A stretch of DNA of 64,000 nucleotides from an uncultured delta proteobacterium (GTDB lineage Bacteria; Myxococcota; Myxococcia; Myxococcales; Myxococcaceae). The position numbers and the translations under genes were made by a program. The stretch covers positions 480,001 through 544,000 of the forward strand of contig CAVQKE010000003.1 of NCBI GenBank assembly GCA_963713045.1, in the 5' to 3' direction. The notes beneath the pieces are model-generated. The model was not told the origin of the DNA. It saw nothing but the letters and a program-made list of their open reading frames with translations, and did no database searches. Each line of letters opens with the position of its first letter. Position 1 is the stretch's first letter. This document shows positions 52,617 to 61,693 of the stretch, in pieces.

Positions 52617-53489
52617 CTAGCGGCCTCCTGCCCGTTCGAATGCCTTCTTCAGGGCGCGGACTGCAAGCACGCGCCCCATCTCCTTCTTGTAGTCCGGTGC
52701 TCCGCGCCGGTCGGCGCTGGGCGAGGTGACCGCAGCGGCCGCCCGTGCCGCTGCTTCCAGTGTCGCCGCATCCGGTTTCTTCCCAATCAGCTGTTTCTCG
52801 GCCGCGGTGGCTCGGACCGCCGTCGGGCCGACGTTGGTGAGGGCCAGGGCCGCCTGTTCCACGGCGCCCGAGGCGTTCAGCGTGACGTAGGCGGCCGCCG
52901 CCGCGGTGGCATAGTCCCCCACCTTACGCTCGAATTTGACGTACGCCCCGCCACTCCGGGCGGCGGGCACCGGAATGCGGATTTCCGTCACAATCTCATC
53001 CGGCTTTAGCGCGGTGGAGAACAGCCCCAGGAAGAACTTGTCGATGGGAATGACACGCTCGCCCTTTGGCCCGGTGGCCACCACCTGCGCACCGAGGACG
53101 AGCATCGTGGCCGGATGGTCATTGCCCGGGTCGCCGTGGGCGAGGTTGCCACCGACGGTGGCCAGGTTCCGCACCAGCGGGTCGGCAATCACCAGAACCG
53201 TGTCGAGGAGGATGGGGTAACGGGTGCGGATAAGCTCCGAATGCTCGAGCGTGGACTCGCGGGTCCGCCCGCCGATGCGCAGCATTCCCCCCTCCTCCTT
53301 AACGTATTCCAACCCTGGAATGCGCCCGATGTCCACCAGGTGGCTGGCTTGCCCGAGGCGCAGCTTGAGGAGTGGCAGGAGGCTTTGGCCGCCGGAGAGC
53401 ACCTTGGCGCCGTCGCCGAATTTGGTCAGCAGCGCGACCGCTTCGGACAGGCTTTGGGGTGCGTGGTAGTCGAAGGCAGCTGGGATCAT
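52617..53489 (-). CDS. coxM: CODH medium (FAD) subunit
   Basis: [38 protein letters not shown]. Confidence 0.95.
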   Translation of the reverse strand: MIPAAFDYHAPQSLSEAVALLTKFGDGAKVLSGGQSLLPLLKLRLGQASHLVDIGRIPGLEYVKEEGGMLRIGGRTRESTLEHSELIRTRYPILLDTVLVIADPLVRNLATVGGNLAHGDPGNDHPATMLVLGAQVVATGPKGERVIPIDKFFLGLFSTALKPDEIVTEIRIPVPAARSGGAYVKFERKVGDYATAAAAAYVTLNASGAVEQAALALTNVGPTAVRATAAEKQLIGKKPDAATLEAAARAAAAVTSPSADRRGAPDYKKEMGRVLAVRALKKAFERAGGR

Positions 53490-53505
53490 CTCTCCTCCTC
53501 AGCGG

Positions 53506-54135
53506 TTATTGACGCGAAAGAAACCACAAGAGGGCGGCGAGGATAACGACGGCCACCCAGAAAACGGGTCGCTGGGCCAGCCGTCCGGCGGCCCGGCGCG
53601 CGGCGGCGCCTCCGAGCGCCACCACGTCCAGTGCCGGGGCGGCCGGGGGCGCCGCCGCTGGGGAGGCTTCCGGGCCGCTGGCCGTCGGCGTCTCGAGCTC
53701 GGCTTTCATCCGGTCGGAGAACATTTGAAAAATCTGGTCGCTGACGTCTTGCACCATCCCCCGGCCCATTTGCGCGAGCAGCCCACTCACATTCACCTGA
53801 CTGACGGCGGTGACTTCCGTCTGGCCCCCACCGAGGTCCCGCACGCTGCTGGTGAGCTGGAGGTCGGCTCCTCCTTTGCCCCGCACGTCTTGTCCGGTGG
53901 CGCGAATCTCCGCGGTGCGGGTGGTCGGGTCGAGCCGCTGGAAGATGACTTTCCCCTTGTAGCTGGAGGAAACCGGCCCCACCTTGACCGTCATCGTCCC
54001 GGTATAAGTCTTCTCGTCCAGCTGCTCCCCGATGGCGGCGCCGGGAAGCGACTGCGCGACGCGCTGCGGGTTGGTCAGAAACGCCCAGACTGCGTCGGGC
54101 GCAGCCCTCACGGTGAACGTCTTGGTGATTTCCAT
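53506..54135 (-). CDS. coxG: CoxG (SRPBCC fold) with C-terminal membrane anchor
   Basis: VWAFL..P, LPGA, VKVGPV, GLLAQMGRG; Pro/Ala linker and terminal TM; ATG overlaps the upstream TGA. Confidence 0.88.
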   Translation of the reverse strand: MEITKTFTVRAAPDAVWAFLTNPQRVAQSLPGAAIGEQLDEKTYTGTMTVKVGPVSSSYKGKVIFQRLDPTTRTAEIRATGQDVRGKGGADLQLTSSVRDLGGGQTEVTAVSQVNVSGLLAQMGRGMVQDVSDQIFQMFSDRMKAELETPTASGPEASPAAAPPAAPALDVVALGGAAARRAAGRLAQRPVFWVAVVILAALLWFLSRQ

Positions 54136-55136
54136 CAGCCGGCCTTGGTGCGCGTCGCGGCAGCCGCGGGCGCCGAGAGGTAACTGTGGGGAGCAGCGAG
54201 AAACTTCTCCCGGCAGCGGGGGTTGCAGAAATAGAACGTACGCCCGTCGTATTGGCCGATGTGGCGCGCCGTGGCCACGGCCACCGTCATGCCGCACACC
54301 GGGTCGAGCTCCTCCCGGCCTTCGGGCGCCTCCTCGGCGGGGGTGGTGTCGGCGCGAAGCCGACGCAACTGCACCACCTCGGCAAGGATGCTCAACGCAA
54401 CCTCCTCTGGAAGTCGCGCGCCGAGGTCCAGGCCGGCGGGACTCTTGACGCGCTCCAGCGCCTCGTGCGTCACCCCGCGCAACAGAAGCGTCTCGCGCAG
54501 CTGGGCGAAGCGGTTGCGGCTGGCCACCACGCCCAGGTAGGCGGGCTGCGCGGCGAGGGCGGCGGCCACCGACTCTTCGTCATCCTCACCCATGGTGGCC
54601 ACCACCGCGAACAGGCGCTCCGAAGCGGCTGGCATCCGCAGCTCAGGTGCGGCGAAGTCATTGAATGTTCGGTCAGCGCCTTGGATGGCGCCCGGGGCGG
54701 CACGCCGGTCCACGACGTCCACCGCATAGCCGAGCGCCTTGCCGAGTTGGGCCAGCGCGCGGACCACCGGAGAGAGGCCAAACAACAGCAGCCGCGGCGC
54801 CGGAAGAATGGGCTCAAGGTAAATGTCCACGCTGCCTCCGCTTTGGCAGGTCATCGGCAGTGCGGTAATTCCCGGCCGCTGCTCCCGCTCTGGCTCCGGG
54901 GACAGGGACAGCAGGCGCGGGCGGCCATCGAGGAGCGCGCGGCGGGCTTCGCGCTTCACGGTGGGCTGGGTGCAGTTGCCGCCGAGCCAGCCGTGGTAGC
55001 TGCCATCTTTTGTGATGAGGGCCATGTCCCCCTGCTGGGCCGAGCTGTAGGACTCGCGGCGAACCACCATCGCCAGCACGAAGGGCTCGCCGCGGTGTGC
55101 GAGGTCCGCCGCCAACTGGAGGAGCTCGGCACGCAT
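54135..55136 (-). CDS. XdhC/CoxF-family Mo-cofactor chaperone fused to a C-terminal YHS (TRASH-like) domain
   Basis: GWLGGNC, MTCQSGG, YLGVVAS, PAGLDLGARLPEEVALSILAE; then DPVCGM...YDGRTFYFCNPRC. Confidence 0.9.
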   Translation of the reverse strand: MRAELLQLAADLAHRGEPFVLAMVVRRESYSSAQQGDMALITKDGSYHGWLGGNCTQPTVKREARRALLDGRPRLLSLSPEPEREQRPGITALPMTCQSGGSVDIYLEPILPAPRLLLFGLSPVVRALAQLGKALGYAVDVVDRRAAPGAIQGADRTFNDFAAPELRMPAASERLFAVVATMGEDDEESVAAALAAQPAYLGVVASRNRFAQLRETLLLRGVTHEALERVKSPAGLDLGARLPEEVALSILAEVVQLRRLRADTTPAEEAPEGREELDPVCGMTVAVATARHIGQYDGRTFYFCNPRCREKFLAAPHSYLSAPAAAATRTKAG

Positions 55137-55139
55137 CGC

Positions 55140-55754
55140 CTAGCCCTCTCCCAGCTCGGCCAACACCGCGTCCACATCCGCCGGAACGTCCAAGTCCACC
55201 AGCGCCGAGGCGGGCCAAGAGACGAGAAGACTTTCGCTCCGGTGCCGCTTCACGACGCGCTTGCCGCAGCCGTCGCCTTCCAGGGCGAGTAGTTCGGCAA
55301 ACAGCGAACGGTCGTACAGCATCGGCGGGGCGTCGACCCCGTCGTAATGCGAAACCACCAGGCGGGCCGTCCCTTCCCGGTAGCGCGTGGCCAGGGTGCG
55401 CACCATGTCTGAGGTGACAAAGGGCATGTCGGCCAGCATCACCAGGGCAGCCTGCGCCTGCGGCGGCACCGCGGCAATCCCGGCGCGCACCGAACTGTGG
55501 AGGCCCTCGGCGTAATGCGGGTTGTGCACCGTGGTGCAGCGTAGCCCGAGCAGCTCTGCCTGCACCCGTTCGCTGTCGTGCCCGCACACCACCAACACCG
55601 GTTCTAGCCCCGCGGCGAGCGCGGTGCCCACCGCGCGGCGCACCACGCTCTGCTCTCCGAGGGGAAGCAGCAGTTTGTTGCGGCCCATCCGACTCGACGT
55701 CCCGGCGGCGAGGACGACGGCCGCCACCACGGCTGCGTCGCGCTCAGCGGGCAT
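55140..55754 (-). CDS. mocA: Molybdenum cofactor cytidylyltransferase-like nucleotidyltransferase (MocA family)
   Basis: LAAGTSSRMGRNKLL, LADMP, GDGC, DLDVPAD; first gene of the cox cluster. Confidence 0.82.
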   Translation of the reverse strand: MPAERDAAVVAAVVLAAGTSSRMGRNKLLLPLGEQSVVRRAVGTALAAGLEPVLVVCGHDSERVQAELLGLRCTTVHNPHYAEGLHSSVRAGIAAVPPQAQAALVMLADMPFVTSDMVRTLATRYREGTARLVVSHYDGVDAPPMLYDRSLFAELLALEGDGCGKRVVKRHRSESLLVSWPASALVDLDVPADVDAVLAELGEG

Positions 55755-55967
55755 GACACTCCCGGTTCGGCTTCACCGTTGCCGTCGTCAAGCGCAGCAG
55801 AGCGGCCCGGCGGCCGGCGAGCAGAAGCGGTGACCCACCGCGCTGGTGGTCATCCAACACGAGCCCTCCAGCAACAGACGCTCAACGTCTCGTATTCTCG
55901 TGCTGTTCGAGTTGTCAACGTGCAAACTAGATTGACGGCCGAAGGGCGCCCCAACAGGGAGGGGAAC

Positions 55968-57077
55968 GTGCGCATCGGTGTTCCGCGAGAAACCCTCGAG
56001 GGCGAGCGGCGGGTGGCGCTGATGCCTGACGCGGTGAGTCGGCTGGTTAAAGCAGGCGTCGAAGTCGCGGTCGAAGCGGGGGCAGGCACCGCCGCCTTTG
56101 CCCCGGACGAAGCCTACGGCAAGGCCGGCGCCCAGCTGGCCACGGCTGAGGCGGTTTGGGGCCGGAGCGACCTCATCACCAAGGTCCGCCGTCCCACGGA
56201 CGCGGAAGTCGCCCGGCTACATGACGAGGGCGCGGCGGTGGTGGCCCTGGTGGGGAGCGGGCCGCACGAGGAATTGCTGGCGCTGTTGAACGCGCGCAAG
56301 GCGTCGTTTCTCGCACTGGAGCGCGTCCCCCGCATTACCCGCGCGCAGTCGATGGACGTTTTGTCCTCCCAGGCCACGGTGGCGGGTTACAAGGCGGTGC
56401 TCCTCGGGGCGAGCGAATTGCCTCGGCTACTGCCGATGCTGACCACGGCGGCCGGGACGCTGGCCCCAGCTCGCGTGTTTGTCCTAGGCGCCGGGGTGGC
56501 TGGGCTGCAGGCCATCGCCACCGCGAAGCGGCTGGGGGCGGTGGTGTCTGCCTTCGACATCCGCGCCGCGGCCGCCGAGCAGGTGAAAAGCCTTGGCGCC
56601 ACCTTCGTCAGCGGCGAGCTGGCCTCGGACGAAGCGCAGACCGCCGGCGGCTACGCGAAGCAGCAGACGGCGGCCGAGCGCTCGCGCACCCTGGCCGCCA
56701 TCTCCGAGCACTTGCCTTCGGTCGACTTGGTCATCGGCACCGCACAAATCCCCGGCAAGCCGGCCCCGGAGCTCATCACCGGCGCCATGCTTCAGCGGAT
56801 GAAACCGGGCAGTGTGGTGGTGGACTTGGCGGCAGAGACGGGCGGCAACTGCGCCGTCACCCGGCCTGGGGAGCGCGTGGAAGTCGACCAGGTGCTGGTG
56901 CTCGGTCCACTCAACGTCGCCGCCAGTGTGCCCATCCACGCCAGCCAGATGTTTAGCCGCAACGTGCTGACGCTGGCGCAGCACTTGGTCAAGGACGGCC
57001 AACTGGTCATCGACCCGACCGATGAAATCACCCGCGCCATGCTGCTGACTTACCGAGGAGAGGTGTTCGTCCCGTGA
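55968..57077 (+). CDS. pntAA: NAD(P) transhydrogenase alpha-1 subunit (domain I)
   Basis: RIGVPRE, ERRVAL, RITRAQSMDVLSSQ, GAGVAGL, VDLAAETGGNC; GGGAGG RBS before GTG 55968. Confidence 0.95.
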   Translation: MRIGVPRETLEGERRVALMPDAVSRLVKAGVEVAVEAGAGTAAFAPDEAYGKAGAQLATAEAVWGRSDLITKVRRPTDAEVARLHDEGAAVVALVGSGPHEELLALLNARKASFLALERVPRITRAQSMDVLSSQATVAGYKAVLLGASELPRLLPMLTTAAGTLAPARVFVLGAGVAGLQAIATAKRLGAVVSAFDIRAAAAEQVKSLGATFVSGELASDEAQTAGGYAKQQTAAERSRTLAAISEHLPSVDLVIGTAQIPGKPAPELITGAMLQRMKPGSVVVDLAAETGGNCAVTRPGERVEVDQVLVLGPLNVAASVPIHASQMFSRNVLTLAQHLVKDGQLVIDPTDEITRAMLLTYRGEVFVP

Positions 57078-57379
57078 CTGCCACCACCATCATCCAGCTG
57101 TACGTCTTCGTCCTGGCCGGCTTCGTCGGCTACCTGGTCATCACCCGGGTTCCGCCGCTGCTGCACACGCCGTTGATGTCAGCCACCAACGCCATTTCCG
57201 CCATCTCCTTGGTGGGGTCGCTGGTGGTGGCCGGTGCCAACCGAGGGACGGCAAGCACGGTTCTCGGCTTCATCGCCGTCACCGCCGCCACCATCAACGT
57301 GGTCGGCGGATTTCTCATCACCGACCGGATGCTGAGGATGTTTCGGCGCCACCAGCTTCCCCAAGGGGAGAAGAAGTGA
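57074..57379 (+). CDS. pntAB: NAD(P) transhydrogenase alpha-2 subunit
   Basis: LHTPLMSATNAIS, NVVGGFLITDRML. Confidence 0.95.
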   Translation: MTATTIIQLYVFVLAGFVGYLVITRVPPLLHTPLMSATNAISAISLVGSLVVAGANRGTASTVLGFIAVTAATINVVGGFLITDRMLRMFRRHQLPQGEKK

Positions 57380-58767
57380 ACAACCGGGAGCTGGGCATCC
57401 AGGCGATTTACCTCGCCTCCTCCATCCTCTTCATCCTCGGGTTGAAAAGCCTCACCCGGCCAGAATACGCGCGCCGAGGAATGCAGCAGGCAGCGGTCGG
57501 GATGCTGCTGGCCATCGTCGGCACGCTGTTTCAACAAGAGATTGTCCGGTTCGACTGGATTGCCGGCGGCCTCATCCTCGGCAGCGTCATCGGCTACCCG
57601 CTGGGCATGTTCGTCCCGATGACGGCCATGCCTCAGCGAATTGCCATCTCGCACCTCTTCGGCGCCCTGGCCGCGACGCTGGTGGGCGTGGCCGAGTACT
57701 GGCACGGCGGTTACGGCAGTGACATCCCCCATGGACGGATGGCGGCGCTCGGCTTCGAGGTGCTCTTCGGCGGACTGACCGTCACTGGCAGCTTCATGGC
57801 ATTCGGGAAGCTGCAGGAATTCATCACCGGCACTCCAGTGACGTACCGCGGACAGAATGCCATCAACCTGTCGCTGTTCGCGGTGACCTTCGGGCTCTTC
57901 GCCTACCTCATCTTCGTGCCCACGGCGACGGTGGTCTTCTACTTGATGATTGCCGTCGCCCTCTGCATCGGGGTGCTGATGGTGCTGCCCATCGGCGGTG
58001 CGGACATGCCGGTGGTGGTGTCGCTGCTGAATTCCTACGCCGGCCTTGCCTCCAGCGCCACCGGCTTCGCCATCGGCAACAACGTCCTCATCATCGCCGG
58101 TGCCCTGGACGGCGCCTCGGGTTTCCTGCTGAGCGTCATCATGAGCAAGGCGATGAACCGCTCCTTTGGCAACGTCCTCTTTGGCGCCTTCGGTAGCCCA
58201 CAGCTGGCCGCTGGCAGCAAGACTGCCGAGGGACTGACGGTGCGTTCCGTCACCCCGGAGGATGCGGCGATGCGACTCGGCTACGCAGGGAAAGTCATCT
58301 TTGTCCCGGGCTACGGAATGGCCGTCGCCCAGGCCCAGCACCAGGTGCGCGAGCTGGCGGAGCTCATCGAAAAAAAGGGCGGGGAGGTGAAGTTCGCCAT
58401 CCATCCAGTCGCCGGGCGCATGCCAGGGCACATGAATGTGCTCCTCGCCGAAGCCAATGTTCCCTATGACGAGCTCTATGACATGGAGGCGATTAATCCG
58501 GCCTTTCCGGAGACGGACGTGGCGGTGGTGATTGGCGCTAACGACGTGGTCAACCCTGCAGCGCGCAATGACCCGAAGAGTCCCATCTTCGGGATGCCCA
58601 TCCTCGACGTCGACAAGGCCAAGTCGGTGATTGTCCTCAAACGCAGCATGAATCCCGGCTTCGCGGGCATTGAGAATGAGTTGTTTTACAACGACAAGAC
58701 ATCCATGCTTTTCGGGGATGCCAAAGCGTCGCTGAGTAAGCTTATTTCCGAGGTGAAGGCGCTTTAG
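57376..58767 (+). CDS. pntB: NAD(P) transhydrogenase beta subunit
   Basis: IGGADMPVV, VPGYGMAVAQAQH, HPVAGRMPGHMNVLLAEA, GANDVVN. Confidence 0.97.
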   Translation: MNNRELGIQAIYLASSILFILGLKSLTRPEYARRGMQQAAVGMLLAIVGTLFQQEIVRFDWIAGGLILGSVIGYPLGMFVPMTAMPQRIAISHLFGALAATLVGVAEYWHGGYGSDIPHGRMAALGFEVLFGGLTVTGSFMAFGKLQEFITGTPVTYRGQNAINLSLFAVTFGLFAYLIFVPTATVVFYLMIAVALCIGVLMVLPIGGADMPVVVSLLNSYAGLASSATGFAIGNNVLIIAGALDGASGFLLSVIMSKAMNRSFGNVLFGAFGSPQLAAGSKTAEGLTVRSVTPEDAAMRLGYAGKVIFVPGYGMAVAQAQHQVRELAELIEKKGGEVKFAIHPVAGRMPGHMNVLLAEANVPYDELYDMEAINPAFPETDVAVVIGANDVVNPAARNDPKSPIFGMPILDVDKAKSVIVLKRSMNPGFAGIENELFYNDKTSMLFGDAKASLSKLISEVKAL

Positions 58768-58824
58768 ACAGCAAAACCGTCCGCCCACCGGCGACGCAAG
58801 CCCCCTTTGCCACCTTCCAACACC

Positions 58825-61563
58825 ATGGGGCGCCCGCTCCCTTTTGTCAGCCCGCGCGAGGTACTTCGGTTGGGCCTCGCCGGCTTTCTTGTCGCGGCAT
58901 GCGCCACGCCCACGCCGGCACCCCCTCCGCCAGAGCCGGCCGACGCCGGGCCCAGTGCGACGGCCACCGGGCGCGCGCTGCCGGAGGCCCCCGCGCTCCG
59001 GCTTCCCACCACCGTTCGCCCAGTGGGCGAAGCCCTGGCGCTGCGCCTCATCCCAGCCGCATCCACCTTTTCTGGCACAGCCACCCTGGAATTGAATTTC
59101 GAGTCGGAAGCGGACCACTTCTGGCTTCACGCGGAAGGACTGACGCTGGACGAGGCGAGGCTGACGGCCGGCGCTCGGCAGCTCCCGGTGCGGATAACGC
59201 CCGTCGGTGGGGAGTTGTGGCTGGTCCAAATGGCCCATCCCCAAGGACCGGGAGAGGCAACGCTGGTGCTGCGGTACACAGGCCTCATCGACACCGAGCG
59301 AAGCCGTGGCATTTACCGGGTGGACGAAGGCACGACGCCCTACCTCTACACCTTCTTCGAAGCGCTGGACGCCCGCCGCGCCTTTCCCTGCTTCGACGAG
59401 CCCGCCTTCAAAATCCCCTGGACACTGTCCCTCACCGTCCCCACGTCGGACGAGGCCTTCGCCAACTCGGCGGCGGTTTCGACGACGGACGCAGGCGGGG
59501 GCCTAAAAACCGTCACCTTCGCCCCGACACGGCCGCTTCCCAGTTACCTGGTGGCCTTCGTGGTGGGACCCTTCGAGGTGGTCAACGGCCAACCGGCGGG
59601 CAACGAGGGCATTCCTTTGCGATTCCTGGTGCCACAGGGGCGGGCGAGTGAGTTGCACTATGCCCAGGAGTTTCTGCCGAAGGCGGTGAAGCAGCTTGAA
59701 GACTTGACGGGCGTCCCCTACCCGTACGGGAAACTGGATGTGGCGGTGGTGCCGCGCTACTGGGGCACCATGGAGCACCCGGGGCTGGTGGCCCTGGGCC
59801 AGCCCATCCTCCTCATTCCGGTTGGCCAAGAATCTCCGCGGCGGCGGCAATTCGCCGTCAACATCACCACGCACGAGCTTGCGCACTACTGGTTTGGGGA
59901 CCTGGTCACCGCACTCTGGTGGGACGACCTTTGGCTTCACGAGGCACTCGGTACCTGGCTGGACTTGAAGGCCACCGACGCTGTCGACCCCTCGTTTCGC
60001 TTCAGCCGGCAGGCGCTGGCACGCCGAGCCTCGGCACTTGCGGCGGACGCGCTACCAACGGCGAGGGCGGTCCGCCAGCCGGTGCTGGCGCCGACCGACA
60101 TTGAAGCCTCGTTTGACGCAGCGCTGACCTACGACAAGGGCTCCATCGTGCTCGCGATGTTTGAACAGTGGGTGGGCCCGCGAGCTTGGAAACGCGGAGT
60201 GCAGCTGTACCTCGAGCGCAACGCGGACAAGAACGCCACCGCCGAGGAATTTTTCCGCGCGATGGACGAGGGCAGCGGCCGTCCGGTGGGCGATTCCCTC
60301 TCCAGCTTCCTCGTCCAGCCGGGCGCGCCAATCGTGTCGGTGGCGCTGCGCTGCAACACAGGCGAGCTGCCAGTGCTTGAATTGCAGCAGGAGCGCTTTC
60401 TCGTCGAGCGCAGCGCCACGCCGCCCACCGCCACCTGGCAGCTGCCGGTTTGCGTGCGTGCAGCCTGGGGGAAGCAAGTGGAGCGCGCCTGCGTCCTCCT
60501 CAGCCAGGCGCAGGCCGAGCTGACACTCCCCGTCGGCGGCTGTCCCAATTTCGTCACTGCCAACGAGGGGGGCCTCGGCTACTACCGGGTGGCCTACGCC
60601 CCACCGCTGCGCCAAGCCCTGCTGAAGCAGCTGGAGGACTTCCAGCCGGTGGAACTGGCCAGCTTCGCCTCGGACATGATGGCGCTCGCGCGGCGAGGAG
60701 ACGTCCCCGCGGAGGAGGCCCTCGCTTTGGGCGCGGTCCTGGTCCGGGAGAAGGACTCGGACGTCGTCCTGGCCGGCCTGGACTTGCTCGCGCTGCCCAG
60801 GCGGGGAAGCCTCTCCATGGAGCTGCGTGCCGCTCAGTCGGCGCGGCTTCAGGCATTGCTTGGCAAGCGGGCCCGGGGCCTGGGGTGGAAAGAAAGGCCC
60901 ACCGACTCCCCTGACGAGCGCCGGCTACGCCCAGTGGTGCTGCCCCTGGTAGCGCTTGAGGGGAGGGACGGGTGGCTGTCGGCGGAGGCGCGCCGGCGGG
61001 CAGAAGCGTGGCTGCGCAGCGCTGCCAGCGTGGAGGAGGACTTGGTTGCTGCGGTGCTGTCCACTGCCGCAGCCAGTGGGGACGACGCGCTCTTCGAGGC
61101 CCTGGTGCAAGCCAGTCACAGCCTTCCCAGTCGCGAGAGTCGCCGGCAGGCGATTGTGGCGCTCGGCGCCTTTCGGGACGCCAGCCTGGCGGCGCGGGCC
61201 CGGGAGCTGCTGTTGGACAAGGAGAATGACTTGAGAGACTGGGCCGTCCTGTTGGAGGCCCAGCTTTCGACGGATGAAACGCAGGACGAGGCCTACGCTT
61301 TTGTCGACAGGCACTTCGAGGCCTTGAGGGCCCGCATGCGAGACGACGAGGTGGCAAAGCTACTGGGCAGCTTCGGCGCCTTCTGCGATGCGAAAATGCG
61401 CGCCAAGGTGGAAGCCAGTTTCGCCTCCCGGGCCGCCCAAGTGGACGGCGGGGCCTTTCGGCTGGCCCAGGCGCTCCAGGCGATTGAAGGGTGCACTCGG
61501 GCCCAAAGCCGAATGCGCACGGGAGTGACGGCGTGGCTCGCTCCCGCCACCGGCCCTCGCTAG
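58825..61563 (+). CDS. M1-family aminopeptidase lipoprotein with ERAP1-like C-terminal domain
   Basis: Lipobox VAAC; ARRAFPCFDEP; GTMEHPG; HELAHYWFGDLVT...WLHE; YDKG. Confidence 0.92.
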   Translation: MGRPLPFVSPREVLRLGLAGFLVAACATPTPAPPPPEPADAGPSATATGRALPEAPALRLPTTVRPVGEALALRLIPAASTFSGTATLELNFESEADHFWLHAEGLTLDEARLTAGARQLPVRITPVGGELWLVQMAHPQGPGEATLVLRYTGLIDTERSRGIYRVDEGTTPYLYTFFEALDARRAFPCFDEPAFKIPWTLSLTVPTSDEAFANSAAVSTTDAGGGLKTVTFAPTRPLPSYLVAFVVGPFEVVNGQPAGNEGIPLRFLVPQGRASELHYAQEFLPKAVKQLEDLTGVPYPYGKLDVAVVPRYWGTMEHPGLVALGQPILLIPVGQESPRRRQFAVNITTHELAHYWFGDLVTALWWDDLWLHEALGTWLDLKATDAVDPSFRFSRQALARRASALAADALPTARAVRQPVLAPTDIEASFDAALTYDKGSIVLAMFEQWVGPRAWKRGVQLYLERNADKNATAEEFFRAMDEGSGRPVGDSLSSFLVQPGAPIVSVALRCNTGELPVLELQQERFLVERSATPPTATWQLPVCVRAAWGKQVERACVLLSQAQAELTLPVGGCPNFVTANEGGLGYYRVAYAPPLRQALLKQLEDFQPVELASFASDMMALARRGDVPAEEALALGAVLVREKDSDVVLAGLDLLALPRRGSLSMELRAAQSARLQALLGKRARGLGWKERPTDSPDERRLRPVVLPLVALEGRDGWLSAEARRRAEAWLRSAASVEEDLVAAVLSTAAASGDDALFEALVQASHSLPSRESRRQAIVALGAFRDASLAARARELLLDKENDLRDWAVLLEAQLSTDETQDEAYAFVDRHFEALRARMRDDEVAKLLGSFGAFCDAKMRAKVEASFASRAAQVDGGAFRLAQALQAIEGCTRAQSRMRTGVTAWLAPATGPR

Positions 61564-61646
61564 ACGTTTGGGGCGGCGGACATCGAATCCGGGGGGCGCG
61601 GTGGAACCGGGATGGCCAAGCGGAAGCTTCGACTTCCAGCCCAACC

Positions 61647-61685
61647 GGGCCGGGCTGTGGGGGGGTTCGGCCCACAGCCCGGCCC
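61647..61685. terminator. 15-bp perfect hairpin between convergent genes (terminator or stabilising stem)
   Basis: GGGCCGGGCTGTGGG-9nt-CCCACAGCCCGGCCC; no clear U-tract. Confidence 0.55.
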
Positions 61686-61693
61686 CACGCCAG

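Noticed and set aside
55890..55918. Minus-strand TTGACA as a sigma70 promoter for the cox cluster
   Set aside because: The best -10-like hexamer (GAGAAT) is only 13 nt away, so the spacing is wrong.
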